64,000 bases of DNA from Chrysomallon squamiferum (taxonomy: Eukaryota > Animalia > Mollusca), in NCBI GenBank assembly GCA_012295275.1, contig CM022677.1:19654001-19718000 (forward strand), read 5' to 3'. Below are positions 16,556-31,673 of the stretch, one piece after another. The translations under genes were made by a program, and so were the position numbers. The notes under the pieces were generated by a model, which had not been told where the DNA came from, made no database searches, and was given only the letters and a program-made list of their open reading frames with translations. Within the stretch, counting starts at the first letter, position 1. Every line of letters begins with the position of its first letter.

Positions 16556-16868
16556 GAAATAACGTTTGATGTAGTCTGCCTAGAAAACGTTTTCATGTAG
16601 TCTGCCTAGAAAACGTTTTCAGAAACGTGAAAAACAAAAAAAAATGACTTTAAATTTAAAAACTTACTGATTTTTTTTTCCTTTCTTGCCTTTTTGGGAT
16701 AGTACTTTCTTCTGGCCTTTTTTGTCTCTCATTTTTAACAAAATCTTGAAGAAAACATAATTTACAAAAACGCTAATTGAAAATGGATCGGATATATGAA
16801 AAATACGTCATCCGGAAGACGAGGCCTAGGTATGACGTCATACTGCCTTGAAGCACTAACTCTACGGC

Positions 16869-16912
<44 letters not shown>

Positions 16913-17690
16913 GAAGTGATTCTAATGGAAAAAAAAAGTAATAAATAGCATCCGAGCATATTGAAGGTATATGACGACTGAAGTAAGATTATTAGAACAA
17001 TATATAATGGTAATAAAATGATAATATATTTACTATGATAACATGAAAAATGAATTATTTCCAGTTTATGTTCTCGGAATTTCGTTTATTTTGCTCTATT
17101 GTTTCAAGCTTTATTAAAATAAATACTCACAGTAAATTCTCATTTTTTCCTTTAAACGCACGATAACTCCATGAAATTTTCACTAAAATTCTGCCGAACG
17201 TAAAGTTAGACGTAATTAACTATATATAAATATAATTCTAAACATTTCATCTATTGAACCAGAAAAAGAATAAGTAACAGTATCTCTTCACACCACCTAA
17301 CAGGATGTAATAATAATCTGTTTACGCTGCAATATTTGTTTCCGATCCACACACATAAACACCCACAGATGAATGTAACATCTCTTACTCACTCATACAG
17401 TTTCTATAATTAAAAACAGTTTCAACTTACAAACCACAGCTGTGCTTACACGTACATACATACATGTGACGTTAATTAATTGTCACCTTCTTGATTTCGT
17501 TTTGATGAGTAGTATAATATCTCTTTCTCACACATACAGATTTTATAATTGAAAACAGTTTTAAGTTACAAACAACAGCTGTGCTTATACCTACATACAT
17601 ACATACATGTGACGTTAATTAATTTTCACCTTTTTGATTTCGTTTTGCAATAAAAAGGATCAGAAGCTTGTTTCTGCTAAAGTAAAAATC

Positions 17691-18293
17691 ATGAACGTTT
17701 ACGTTTTAATCGTCGTCTTCGTCTCAGTTTTGCAGTGTGCAGGTACATTTATTTTACAACTAAATTTAGAAGAACAAAAGGGCTTCATTCGCTATATTAT
17801 TTTGAAAGAATCTATATTTTATAATAGAAGTAGTGGTAGTAATAGTATCAGTAAGGTAATCATTGTAGTAGAATTGGTATTAATAGTAGAATTAGTAATA
17901 AAGTACCAGTAAATTCAGTAGCATTACTAACAGGAAAAGTACAACGAAGATCTGATATCTGTTTTAGTTGCTTTATATGTTTTAAAACGTCTTAATTTCT
18001 GTTTCTCTGTTTGTGTGTGTTTTTGGGGTGGATGTGTGCGTTAACTTTCTGTTTCTGTATTTGTTTTATTTGTCATTTATTTTTCATTTGGTTTATATAT
18101 ATATATATAAATACATGTGTGTGGCAGTCTGTGTATGCGAGTGTGTTTAATGTACAATTTGTGACAGAACATTTTTCATTTTGATTCAGATGCTGGAAGA
18201 TGTCAATCTGGTTTTATTCGTTATGGCAACTTTTGCTACTGTTTTCCCGTTCTGTGGATTTGTTTTATTTGTCATTTTCTTTTCATTTCTTTA

Positions 18294-18351
<58 letters not shown>

Positions 18352-18606
18352 CTCTGTGTCTTCTCTCTCTCAATCTCTGTCTCTCTCTCATTTTCTCTTT
18401 CTCTCTTCAGATGCTGGAAGTCTGTCTCTCTCTTCTCTCTCTCTTTTATTCTCTCTCTCTATGGCTGTCAGTCTGTCTATCTGGTTTCTCTCTGTCTCTG
18501 TCTCTGACAGCTTCTGTCTCTCTCTCTCTCTCTCTAAAGTGTCTCTCTGACTCTCCTCTCTTTCTCTCTCTCTCTCTCTCTGTGTCTCTCTCTCTCTCTG
18601 TCTCTC

Positions 18607-18639
<33 letters not shown>

Positions 18640-18682
18640 GTATGTGTCTGTCTTTCTCTCTGTCTCTCTCTCTGTCTCTCTC

Positions 18683-18758
<76 letters not shown>

Positions 18759-19652
18759 TTCTCTGTATGTCTGTCTCACTCTCTCTCTGTCTGTCTCTCT
18801 CTGTATGTCTGTCTGTCTCTGCCTCCCTCTCTGTCTCTGTCTCTCTCGATTTTGTATATATATGTTTCTACTGATGGTGTTCACGATGATGGTGATGATG
18901 ATGATGATGCTGGTAATGATGATGATGGTTATGATAGAATATTATTATTATTATTAATATTATTATTACTGTTCCCGTCGTCGTTGTTGTTTCTCAGAAC
19001 TACTGTGAAAGCATGAACTCCTATCTTGCTATCATCACTTCTGACAAAGAAGATGAATATCTTCGTAACCATGTTCTGAAACAGTCAACAAGTAAGTCTG
19101 TATTTATAATTATATAATCATGTAAAAAAGCAAACAATAAATAAGTAATATCTGTTTGCTTCACTGTATATTATTATTGTATAAGTTTATAAACCAGCTA
19201 ATTCTGGTTTACCTTTCAAACCTTTTTTGGGGCGATGGTTTATTCTGGCCCTTTTCATCTTATATAACCCAAACACACAGCACATACACACAAACACACA
19301 ACAAACACACACACACACACACACATACACAAAAACACATTAGCATATTACTAAAAATTAATATCAAGAACGAAACAAAACTAAAATTTTCACAATTTAT
19401 TTAACAGCAGATATATACTGGATCGGGGCTAATGACATCCAAGTTGAAGGTCGTTTCCAGTGGAAACAGAAAGACAACAAATCGAAATATTTGAGGTATA
19501 CTAATTGGTATCCGGGCCAACCCGATAACGCAGGAGGTCAAGAGAACTGTTTGGAAATGAGGGGCGAACATGGTTACAGATGGAATGATGAACCATGTTC
19601 GGTGATGAGAGGATTCATATGCGAACAAAAAGCGAACATCTGTAGAGATTAA
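17691..19652 (+). CDS. Perlucin-like C-type lectin, copy C; exons 1, 3 and 4 intact, exon 2 garbled (likely consensus artefact, otherwise a pseudogene)
   Basis: Exons 17691-17742, 18190-~18250 (DAGRCQSGFIRYGN.. then breaks down), 18998-19091 and 19408-19652 (TDIYWIGANDIQVEGRFQWKQKDNKSKYLRYTNWYPGQPDNAGGQENCLEMRGEHGYRWNDEPCSVMRGFICEQKANICRD*). Confidence 0.65.
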
Positions 19653-19808
19653 TTTGAAAATAAAATATTATATAATTCATTTATCTATTTTCTCTCTATG
19701 AATACTACTACTATTACTACTACTACTACTATACTACTGCTGCTGCTACTATTGTTAATAACAGCAATAGTAATAACAATAACAACAGCTACCGCAACAG
19801 CGTAAGAA

Positions 19809-19899
<91 letters not shown>

Positions 19900-19903
<4 letters not shown>

Positions 19904-20058
19904 TGCAGTTATGTACAAATACTGTGACGTCATGATTTTGGACATTACGTGTTGATAACGTCACACGGCAGTTTTATATAAATATGGTAACGCCTACCTA
20001 ACGTATTTCGTGCATATATAATAAACAGCAAACTCACTGTATAATTTATTTATTTTAT
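19900..20058 (+). repeat. Conserved ~150 bp 3'-flank module between GA tracts, with TGACGTCA and AATAAA
   Basis: Homologous copies lie downstream of exon 4 on the minus strand at ~52115-52275, 57120-57285 and 62660-62800. Confidence 0.6.
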
Positions 20059-20119
<61 letters not shown>

Positions 20120-20795
20120 ATATATATTCACACAATACTATGTAAAAATGATATGACGTTACTGTTATAAATGTAACATAATATTTTATTTATTTCATTT
20201 ATTTTTCGCTGCTGCCCACGTTGTAGTAATATGAACTTGTTGTTGTTGTTAGATGCAGCTGGTGTGAATGGATTTGTCATTCTTGATTTTAAAATACAGA
20301 TTAAAAATTATACAAAAGCAAACACACACTACCACTCACATCTACACACCTTCATATGCACACAGTCACTCACTCACACACACGCTCGTAATAACACACG
20401 CACACATGAATACATTTACAGCAAACATTAACAAATACACATTCACATGCACACTAACAAATACAGACACACACACACATAGATATATTTTACAGAAACA
20501 TCACGTGAGCCTTTCTTTCACAGAAACATCACGTGAGCCTTTGTTTCACAGAAACATCACGTGAGGCTTTCTTTCACAGAAACATCACGTGAGCCTTTGT
20601 TTCAGAGAAACATCACGTGAGCCTTTCTTTTACAGAAAATATTGTGAGCCTTTCTTTTTACATCAAGTGAGCCTTTCTTTCACAGAAATATCACCTGAGC
20701 CTTTCTTTTATAGATACATCACGTGAGCCTTTCTTTTTACATCACGTGAGCCTTTCTTTTGCAGTAACCATGTGACATATTGGCATCAGATAGAT

Positions 20796-20850
<55 letters not shown>

Positions 20851-23249
20851 TATACATACATACTTACATACATACATACATACAGTGTACTAGAGGATAC
20901 CTTGACATGTTATACGAAGTGATCAGTTAAAACTGTTGTAAAACCGTACGTCTGGGCAGCAGTGAAACAAAGGGAGATAATAATGGTGAAATGTGCATCT
21001 TTCTTTGTTAAGGTTGTTAGGGTTATGCCGCAGGTCAGTGTATTCTCTCTCTGTCTTTCTCATTCATACACGCACACACAAACACACGCAAACACACGCA
21101 CACATAAAACAAACATACATTTACATCAAACAGTAACATATACACATTCACCTGCACACTAACAAACATACACACACATAAACACACAAACACAGTCTCA
21201 GCCCGTTTCACAAACAAAAACACAGTGAAACAAGGGGAGATAATAATGGTGAAACATGCATCTCTCTTAGTTACGGTGGTTATGGTTATGCCGCAGGTCA
21301 GTGTATTTGAAATGTGTACCTCAAACACAGAAAAACTAAACGAGTCCATCAAAAGCTGTTACTTCTGCCCCAAACATCAGAGGAACTGCTCGGTTTATGT
21401 CTTGTCTTGGAAGATGGTCGATGTGTTCCACTGATTCTGGCGAATTATAAAATATAATGAAGAGTTCAGGACTGTGATTAATGAGCTTTTGAAGAAAATT
21501 TCTTGTTCTTTAAGAATTTAGTAAGAGTATTTATTTTAATAAAGTTTGAAACAGCAGAGCAAAATAAATGAAATTCGGCGAACATCAGTTGCAAATACTT
21601 CGTTGTTTTTCTTGTTATCGTCGTAAGTATGATATCATTTTATAACTATTTTGTTTATATTGATAAAGTATAATAATGAGTTTTCCGTCCTGTGATAAAC
21701 AGATAGTCTCTGTGTATGTACGTATGTATGTCCGTACGTATGTATCAATGTATGTACTTTTATGAGTATCTATGTGTTTAAATATATATATATTTTATTT
21801 ATTTCCTTAGTTACTTACTTACGTAAGCAAAACTCCTAAAACAATCGAAGTTTTCCGGAAGTTCGCACTTTTTCGGAAGTGTTGGACACGTCAGCAAAAA
21901 TGTAACTGGGATGTTTTTCAATTGGGGCTGTTGTTGTTGTTGTTGTTGTTGCTTTTTATTATCATTATTATTATTACTTCTTTTTTTTTTCTTATACGAT
22001 TTTGAATTATCAGTTCTGAACAATATCACATTTCTCATTTATATTCCTAGTAATTTTTTCTTTTCAGTTACTTTTAATTGCAGTGAAGATAATTTCACTA
22101 GAATCTAGCAAGTGATAATAAGAGAAAACGGCAAGCTGAACACTGCACAGAACAAATATTTAATTTGAAATAACGTTTGATACAGTCTGTCTAGAAAACG
22201 TTTTGAGATACGTGAAAAATACTTTATCTTTTTGCCTCTCTGTACGTTATTAAAAAAAAGTTTAAAAACTTACTGATTTTTGTTTTCCGTTCTTCCCTTA
22301 TTGTGGCAGTGCTTTCTTCTGGCCCTTTTTTGTCTCTCATTTTTAATAAAATCTTGAAGAAAACATAATTTATAAAAACGCTAATTGAAAATGGATCGGA
22401 TATATGTAAAATACGTCATCCGGAAGACTGGGCCTAGGTATGACGTCATACTGCCTTGAAGCACTAACACTACGGATAATAATAATGATGATAATAATAA
22501 TAATAATAATAATACTTGAAGTGATTCTAATGGAAAAAGTAATAAATAGCATCCGAGCATATTGAAGGTATATGACGACTGAAGTAATAAAATGATAATA
22601 TATTTACTATGATAACATAAAAAACGAATTATTTCCAGTTTATGTTCTCGGAATTTCATTTCTTTTGCTCTATTCTTTCAAGCTTTATTAAAATAAATAC
22701 TCAAAATAAATTCTCATTTTTTCCTTTAAACGCACGATAACTCCATGAAATCTTCACTAAAATTCTGCCGAACGTAAAGTTAGAGGTAATTAATTATATA
22801 TAAATATAATTCTAAACATTTAATCTACTGAAGCAGAAAAACAATAAGTAACAGTATCTGTTCACACCACCTAACAGGATGTAATAATAATAATAATATT
22901 TGTTTCCGATCCACACACATAAACACCCACAGATGAATGTAACATCTCTTACTCACTCGAACAGTTTCTATAATTAAAATCAGTTTCAACTTACAAACCA
23001 CAGCTGTGCTTACACGTACATACATACATGTGACGTTAATTAATTGTCACCTTCTTGATTTCGTTTTGATGAGTAGTATAATATCTCTTTCTCACAAATA
23101 CAGATTTTATAATTAAAAACAGTTTTAAGTTACAAACAACAGCTGTGCTTATACGTACATACATACATGTGACGTTAATTAATTTTCACCTTTTTGATTT
23201 CGTTTTCAATAAAAAGGATCAGAAGGTTGTTTGAGCTAAAATAAAAATC

Positions 23250-24109
23250 ATGAACGTTTACGTTTTAATCGTCCTCTTCGTCTCAGTTTTGCAGTGTGCA
23301 GGTAAATTTACTTTTATGTATAAACTTTGAAGAACAAAAGGGCTTTATACAGTGTACTATTTTTAAAAAAATCTGTATTTTGTTAGTTGAATAGCAACTT
23401 TAGTGGTAGCCATACTGTTGTAGAACTAGTATTAGTAATAGTATTATTATAATAGTCAGTGCATTACCTGAAGATTATTATCAGTAGTATCAGTATTAGT
23501 ATTAGTATTGTCGTCGTCGTTGTTATTTTTCTCAGAACTACTGTGAAAGCATGAACTCCTATCTTGCTGTCATCACTTCTGCCAAAGAAGATGAATATCT
23601 TCGTAACCATATTATGAAACAGTCAAAAGGTAAGTCTGAATTTATAATTTTATAATAATGTGAAAAAAAAAGTATAAACATAAATAAATAATATCAGTTA
23701 TAGAACCGAACAAACACACACACAAGTATACATACACGCCCACATACACATACACACGCACACACAAATACAAAGATACACATACACACACATACACTAG
23801 CATATTAATTTAAAGTAATAGCAAGAACAAAACAAAACTGAAATTTTCGCAATTTATTTAACAGTGGGTATTTACTGGGTCGGGTCTTGTGATATGCAAG
23901 TTGAAGGTCGTTTCCAGTGGAAACGGAATGGCCATAAATCAGAAGATCTAAGTTATACAAACTGGGATTCGGGCCAACCCAATAATTCAGGAGGAGGAGA
24001 GAACTGTTAGCAGTTGAGGGGCGCATTCGGTTACAGATGGAATGATGAACCATGTTCGGTGAAGATTGGATTCATATGTGAACAAAAAGCGAACGTCTGT
24101 GAAGATTAA
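23250..24109 (+). pseudogene. C-type lectin pseudogene, copy D (QPN type, exon 2 deleted)
   Basis: Exon 1 is 23250-23301. Intron 1 joins the 3' end of intron 2 near 23500. Exon 3 is 23536-23629. Exon 4 23865-24109 has TAG at 24008. Exon 4 and its flank are close to copy B (12780-14250 ~ 23640-25073). Confidence 0.92.
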
Positions 24110-24453
24110 TTTGAAAATAAAATATCATTTATCTTATTTCTTTGTGTGAAATAATAATGATTATGTCTTTGAGAACCCTAGTAATAGTCCATAGAATATT
24201 CTTCGACCTATGAATGTGTGTTTTTTTCCATAGAGTTTCTAAGAGCAATCTGTCCATAGGAGTTTAAACACATCCACGATGAGAGGATCTCTGGTTTTTG
24301 TTCCATTGTGGAACACTGTCTGGAATGGGAAATAACTATATATTTTTATTTATTTTTATTTATTTATTTTTAAACAACATTGCTGTTATTAACGAGCTAT
24401 TTATTTAATAAAACTATCTCGCTATTCTATGTCCAAGTCCTTACTCTCTCTCT

Positions 24454-24561
<108 letters not shown>

Positions 24562-24601
24562 TCATATTTTCACTTAAACAAATTGTATATACTTACACAC
24601 T

Positions 24602-24663
<62 letters not shown>

Positions 24664-25073
24664 ATTAAATATCTCTTCACACAGAACTATCTAATATGAT
24701 ATGGCGTTACTCTGTTATGAATGTAACACATGTTTTATCTATTTCGCTGCTGCCCACGTAGGAGAATATTTGTTTTCGAAGTAATATGAACTTGTAGTTG
24801 TTAGATGCAGCTGGTGTGAGATATATTTGTCATTCCTGATTTTAAAATATAGATAAAATATATACAAAAGCAAACACACACTTACACTCTGATATACATA
24901 CACTCATATACACACGCACGAACAAACACACGCACACATGCGAAGAAACATACATTTACACCAAACATTAACAAATACGCATTCACATGCACACTGACAA
25001 ACATCCACGCACCTCGTTTCACAAAAAAAGTCATACACATACTGAAATACATAGATACAGGGCCAACACTTTC

Positions 25074-25112
25074 AACTGAGACGAAGACGACGATTAAAAC
25101 GTAAACGTTCAT
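25074..25112 (-). pseudogene. Truncated orphan exon 1 with its full upstream promoter region (to ~26590) at an inversion junction
   Basis: MNVYVLIVVFVSV breaks off before the donor and joins the plus-oriented flank of copy D. Confidence 0.88.
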
Positions 25113-25851
25113 GATTTTTATTTTAGCTCAAACAGCCTTCTGATCCTTTTTATTGAAAACGAAATCAAAGAGGTGAAAATCAATTAACGTCACATGTATG
25201 TATGTACGTATAAGCACAGCTGTTGTTTGTAACTTAAAACTGTTTTTAATTATAAAATCTGTATGTGTGAGAAAGAGATATTATACTACTCATCAAAACG
25301 AAATCAAGAAGGTGACAATTAATTATCATCACATGTATGTATGTACGTGTAAGCACAGCTGTGGTTTGTAAGTTGAAACTGTTTTTAATTATAGAAACTG
25401 TTCGAGTGAGTAAGAGGTGTTACATTCATCTGTGGGTGTTTATGTGTGTGGATCGGAAACAAATATTGGAGCGTAAACAGATTATTATTACATCCTGTTA
25501 GGTGGTGTGAACAGATACTGTTACTTATTCTTTTTCTGCTTCAGATCATTATATTTATATATAATTAATTACTTCTAACTTTACGTTCGGTATAATTTTA
25601 GTGAAAATTTCATGGAGTTATCGTGCGTTTAAAGGAAAAAATGAGAATTTACTGTGAGTATTTATTTTAATAAAGCTTGAAACAATAGAGCAAAAGAAAT
25701 GAAATTCCGAGAACATAAACTGGAAATACTTCGTTTTTCATGTTATCATAGTAAATATAATATCATTTTCTCATACTCTTACATCAGTCGTCATATACCT
25801 TCAATATGCTCGGATGCTATTTATTACTTTTTTTCCATTAGAATCACTTCA

Positions 25852-25910
<59 letters not shown>

Positions 25911-26913
25911 TAGCCGTAGAGTTAGTGCTTCAAGGCAGTATGACGTCATACCTAGGCCACGTCTTCCAGATGACGTATTTTACATATATCCGATACATTT
26001 TCAATTAGAGTTTTTGTAAATTATGTTTTCTTCAAGATTTTATTAAAAATGAGAGACAAAAAAGGCCAGAAGAAAGCACTGCCCCAAAAAGGCAAGAAAA
26101 GAAAACAAAAATCAGTCAGTTTTTAAACTTAAAGTGATTTTTTATATATATTTTTTAATTACGTACAGACAGGCAAAATGATAAAGTATTTTTCACGTAT
26201 CTCAAAACGTTTTCTAGGCAGACTGTATCAAACGTTATTGCAAATTAAATATTTGTTCTCTGCAGTGTTCAGCTTGCCGTTTTCTCTTATTATCATTTTC
26301 TAGATTCTAGTGAAATAATCTACACTGCAATTAAAAGTAACTGAAAAGAGCAGAAAATTAGTAGGAAAATAAATCAAAAATCGTATCAGAAAAAGAATAA
26401 AGAAAAAAAAAAGAATTAATAATAATGACAATAAAAAACAACAGTAACAACAATAACAACAACAACAACAACACCCCCAATTGAAAAAATCCCAGTTATA
26501 TATCTGCTGACGTGTCCAACACTTGCGAAAAAGTGCGAACTTCCGGAATACATCGATTGTTTTAGGAGTTTTGATTAAGTAAGTAAGTAAGTAAGGCAGA
26601 AGTAAAAGCTTTTGATGGAGTCGTTTAGTTTTTCTGTGTTAGAGGTACACATTTCAAATACACTGACCTGCGGCATAACCCTAATCACCGTAACTAAGAG
26701 AGATGCATGCTTCACCATTGTTATCTCCCCTTGTTTCCCTACAGCCCAGACGTAACATTTTACAACAGTTTCGACTGATCATTTCCTGTAACGTGAACGT
26801 ATCCTAAAGTAGAGTATATAGCTACATACCTATCTGGATATATCTATATCTATATTTACAGATATTATATCTACGTCTATCTATCACTCTGACTGTCTAT
26901 CTATCTATCTATG

Positions 26914-26944
<31 letters not shown>

Positions 26945-26953
26945 GTATCTATG

Positions 26954-27062
<109 letters not shown>

Positions 27063-27143
27063 GTCTATCTGTCTATCTATCTATCGATCTATCTATCTTC
27101 ATCTATCTGATGACAATATGTCACATGGTTGCTAATTTTCAAA

Positions 27144-27208
27144 TTAATCTTCACAGATGTTCGCTTTTTCTTCACATATGAATCCCAACTGCATCCACCA
27201 TCGTTCAT
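27144..27208 (-). other. Captured exon-4 3' end, open frame (xERWWMQLGFICEEKANICED*); candidate alternative last exon
   Basis: Preceded by ctttcttttgcag. Further open copies at 29805-29869, 34139-34203, 51185-51249 and 56227-56291 (all -). Confidence 0.7.
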
Positions 27209-27499
27209 CTGCAAAAGAAAGGCTCACGTGATTTGAAAGAAAGGCTCTCGTGATTTGAAAGAAAGCCTCACGTGATTTAAAAGAAAAGCTCACGTGATTT
27301 AAAAGAAAGCCTCACGTGATTTAAAAGAAAGCCTCACGTGATTTAAAAGAAAAGCTCACGTGATTTAAAAGAAAGCCTCACGTGATTTTAAAGAAAGGCT
27401 CACTTAATATTTCTTGATGTGAGGTGCATTTATGGCAAAAATAAAGTTCTCATGATATTTACAAACGTAATTTATATTTTTGTAATTATTATTTTGTAT

Positions 27500-27562
<63 letters not shown>

Positions 27563-28028
27563 TTTCGGGTTTGTTGGAGACTGTATTTGTTTATGTAAGT
27601 GTGTATTTCAGTATGTGTGTGTTTTTGTTTGTGAAAAGGGGTGAGACTGTGTGTTTGTGTACATAGGTGTGTACATATATATGTTTGTTAGTGTGCATGT
27701 CAATGTGTATTTGTTAATGTTTGCTGCAAATATATGCGTGTTGGTATGTGTGCGTGTGTTTGTTCCTGCGTGAGTGTGTGAGTGAGTGACTGTTCATCTG
27801 AGTTCGTGTGTATATTTCAATGTAAGTGTGTGTTTGCTTTTGTATATTTTTTAATCTGTATTTTAAAGTCAAGAATGACAACTATATCTCACACCAGCTA
27901 CATCTAACAACTACAAGTTCATATTACTACAACGTGGGCAGCAGCGAAATAGATATGACAGATTCGGTTACATTCATAACACACTAACACAGTACTGTAT
28001 TACATAGTATGTGTGAAGATAAATATAA

Positions 28029-28135
<107 letters not shown>

Positions 28136-28294
28136 TCTCTTGTCTTCTTCTTCTTCTTACTTTTTGTCCTTGGTGATGCTATTTTTTTGCTGCAGCTGTT
28201 GTTATTGTTGTTGCTCGTCTTACTTTTGCTGTTCCTGTTGTTAGTGTTCTTACTATTGTTGTTATTACTACTACTACTACTACTACTACTACTG

Positions 28295-28327
<33 letters not shown>

Positions 28328-28380
28328 TTTCAGAAAAAGAAAAAAGATAAATGAAACATATATAATATTTTATTTTCAAA

Positions 28381-28939
28381 TTAATCTTCACAGACGTTCG
28401 CTTTTTGTTCACATATGAATCCCCACATGTACCAACACTGGTCATCGTTCCATTTGTAACCATACCCGCGATATAAATGCAAACAGTAACATGGTTACGA
28501 AGATATTCTTCTTCTTTGGCAGAAGTGATGACAGCCAGATAAGTGTTTATGCTTTCACACTAGTTCTGAGAAAAATAACAACGACGACGACGACGACGAC
28601 AACAACAACAACAACAACAATAATAATAATAATAATAATAATATTCTATCATCACCATCTATATCATCATCATCATCATCATCACATCAACACCATGACA
28701 AGAAACACATACATATATATATATACGAAATCGAGAAAGAAAAGAGAGGACGAGACTGAGAGAGAGAGAGACAGTGAGAGAGAGACAGACAGAGAGATAG
28801 AGACAGAGAGACAGATAGAGAGACAGAGATAAACAGAGAGACAGAGACAAACAGAGAGAGACTCAGAGAGAGAGAGAGAGACAGAGACACAGATAGAGAG
28901 AGTCAGAGAGAGAGACACCAGTTTGACATCTTCCGGCAT
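28381..28939 (-). pseudogene. Deleted lectin pseudogene P2 (inverted duplicate of P1)
   Basis: Same exon-2 stub and exon3/exon4 fusion as 7670-8222, plus TAC>TAG at the second codon of exon 3. About 27795-29470 is an inverted copy of ~7125-8785. Confidence 0.9.
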
Positions 28940-29683
28940 CTTAATCAAAACAAAAAAATGTTGTGTCTCAAATTTTATATTAAAGACACTCACGTACACA
29001 TTTTCTATTAGCGTTTTTGTCAATAATGCTTTCTTCACGATTTTATTATAAATGAGAGACAAAAAGGACCAGAAGAAAGCACCGCCCCAAAAAGGCAAGA
29101 GAGGAAAACAAAAATCAGTCAGTTTTTAAATTTACAATGAATTGTTTTACAGTAATAATATACAGAGAGAAGAACTGATAAAGTATTTTTCGTGTGTCTG
29201 AAAACGTTTTCTAGGCAGGCTGTATCAAACGTTATTTCAAATTAAATATTAAAACTCTTCATTATATTTTATGATTCGCCAGAATCAGTGGAACACATCG
29301 ACCATCTTCCAAGACAAGACACAAACCGAGCAGTTCCTCTGATGTTTGAGGCAGAAGTAAAATCTTTTGATGGACTCGTTTAGTTTTTCTGTGTTAGAAG
29401 TACACATTTCAAATACACTGACCTGCGGCATAACTCTAACCACTGTAACTTAGAAAGATGCATGCTTCACCATTGTTATCTCCCCTTGTTTCCCTACAGC
29501 CCAGACGTAACATTTACAAGTTTTAACTGATCATTTCCTATAACGTCAGCGTATTCCATAGTAGTGTATATAACCTAGATACCTATCCTGATATATCTAT
29601 GTCTATATATATATATGTATTATATCTATCTATCTATCAATCTATCTATCTATCGATCCATCCATCCATCCATCCATCCATCC

Positions 29684-29723
<40 letters not shown>

Positions 29724-30727
29724 GTCTATCTGTCTATCTATCTATCGATCTATCTATATTCATCTATCTGATGCCAATATGTCACATGGTTGCTAATTTT
29801 CAAATTAATCTTCACAAATGTTCGCTTTTTGTTCACATATGAATCCCAACTGCATCCACCATCGTTCGTCTGCAAAAGAAAGGCTCACGTGATTTAAAAG
29901 AAAGGCTGTCGTGATTTAAAAGAAAGGCTCTCGTGACTTAAAAGAAAGGCTCTCGTGATTTGAAAGAACGGATCACGTGATTTAAAAGAAAAGCTCACGT
30001 GATTTAAAAGAAAGGCTCTCGTGATTTAAAAGAAAGGCTCTCGTGATTTAAAAGAAAGGCTCTCGTGATTTGAAAGAAAGGATCACGTGATTTAAAAGAA
30101 AAGCTCACGTGATTTTAAAGAAAGGCTCACTTAATATTTCTTGATGTGAGGTGCATTTATGGCAAAAATAAAGTTCTCATGATATTTACAAACGTAATTT
30201 ATATTTTTTTAATTATTATTTTGTATTTATTTATTTATTTATTTATTTATTTATTTCGGGTTTGTTGGAGACTGTATTTGTTTATGTCTGTGTAAGTGTG
30301 TATTTCAGTATGTGTGTGTTTTTGTTTGTGAAAAGGGATGAGACTGTGTGTTTGCGTACATAGGTGTGTACATATATATGTTTGTTAGTGTGCATGTCAA
30401 TGTGTATTTGTTAATGTTTGCTGCAAATATATGCGTGTTGGTATGTGTGCGTGTGTTTGTGCCTGCGTGAGTGTGTGAGTGAGTGACTGTGTTCATCTGA
30501 GTTTGTATGTATATTTCAGTGTAAGTGTGTGTTTGCTTTTGTATAATTTTTAATCTGTATTTTAAAATCAAGAATGACAACTATATCTCACACCAGCTGC
30601 TTCTAAGAAGAACAAGTTCACATTACCACAACGTGGGCAGCAGCGAAATAGATAAAACATATTAAGTTACATTCATAGCACACTAACACAGTACTGTATT
30701 ACATAGTATGTGTGAAGATAAATATAA

Positions 30728-30870
<143 letters not shown>

Positions 30871-31014
30871 CTTCTTCTTCTTCTTACTTTTTGTCCTTGG
30901 TGATGCTATTTTTTTGCTGCAGCTGTTGTTATTGTTGCTGCTCGTCTTACTTTTGCTGTTCCTGTTGTTAGTGTTCTTACTATTGTTGTTATTACTACTA
31001 CTAGTACAACTACA

Positions 31015-31057
<43 letters not shown>

Positions 31058-31110
31058 TTTCAGAAAAAGAAAAAAGATAAATGAAACATATATAATATTT
31101 TATTTTCAAA

Positions 31111-31673
31111 TTAATCTTCACAGACGTTCGCTTTTTGTTCACATATGAATCCGCACATGTACCAACACTGGTCATCATTCCATTTGTAACCATACCCGCG
31201 ATATGAATGCAAACAGTAACATGGTTACGAAGATATTCTTCTTCTTTTGCAGAAGTGATGACAGCCAGATAAGTGTTTATGCTTTCACACTAGTTCTGAG
31301 AAAAATAACAACGACGACGACGACGACAACAACAACAACAACAACAATAATAATAATAATAATAATAATATTCTATCATCACCATCTATATCATCATCAT
31401 CATCATCATCAACACCATCACAAAAAGCACATACACATATATATATATATATACGAAATCGAGAAAGAAAAGAGAGGAGGAGACTGAGAGAGAGAGAGAG
31501 AGAGACAGTGAGAGAGAGAGAGACAGACAGAGAGATAGAGACAGAGAGACAGATAGAGAGACAGAGATAAACAGAGAGACAGAGACAAACAGAGAGAGAC
31601 TCAGAGAGAGAGAGACAGAGACACAGAGAGAGAGAGTCAGAGAGAGAGACACCAGTTTGACATCTTCCGGCAT
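31111..31673 (-). pseudogene. Deleted lectin pseudogene P3
   Basis: Same fusion junction (aaccatgtt|actgtttgcat) and the same TAG as P2. Confidence 0.9.
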
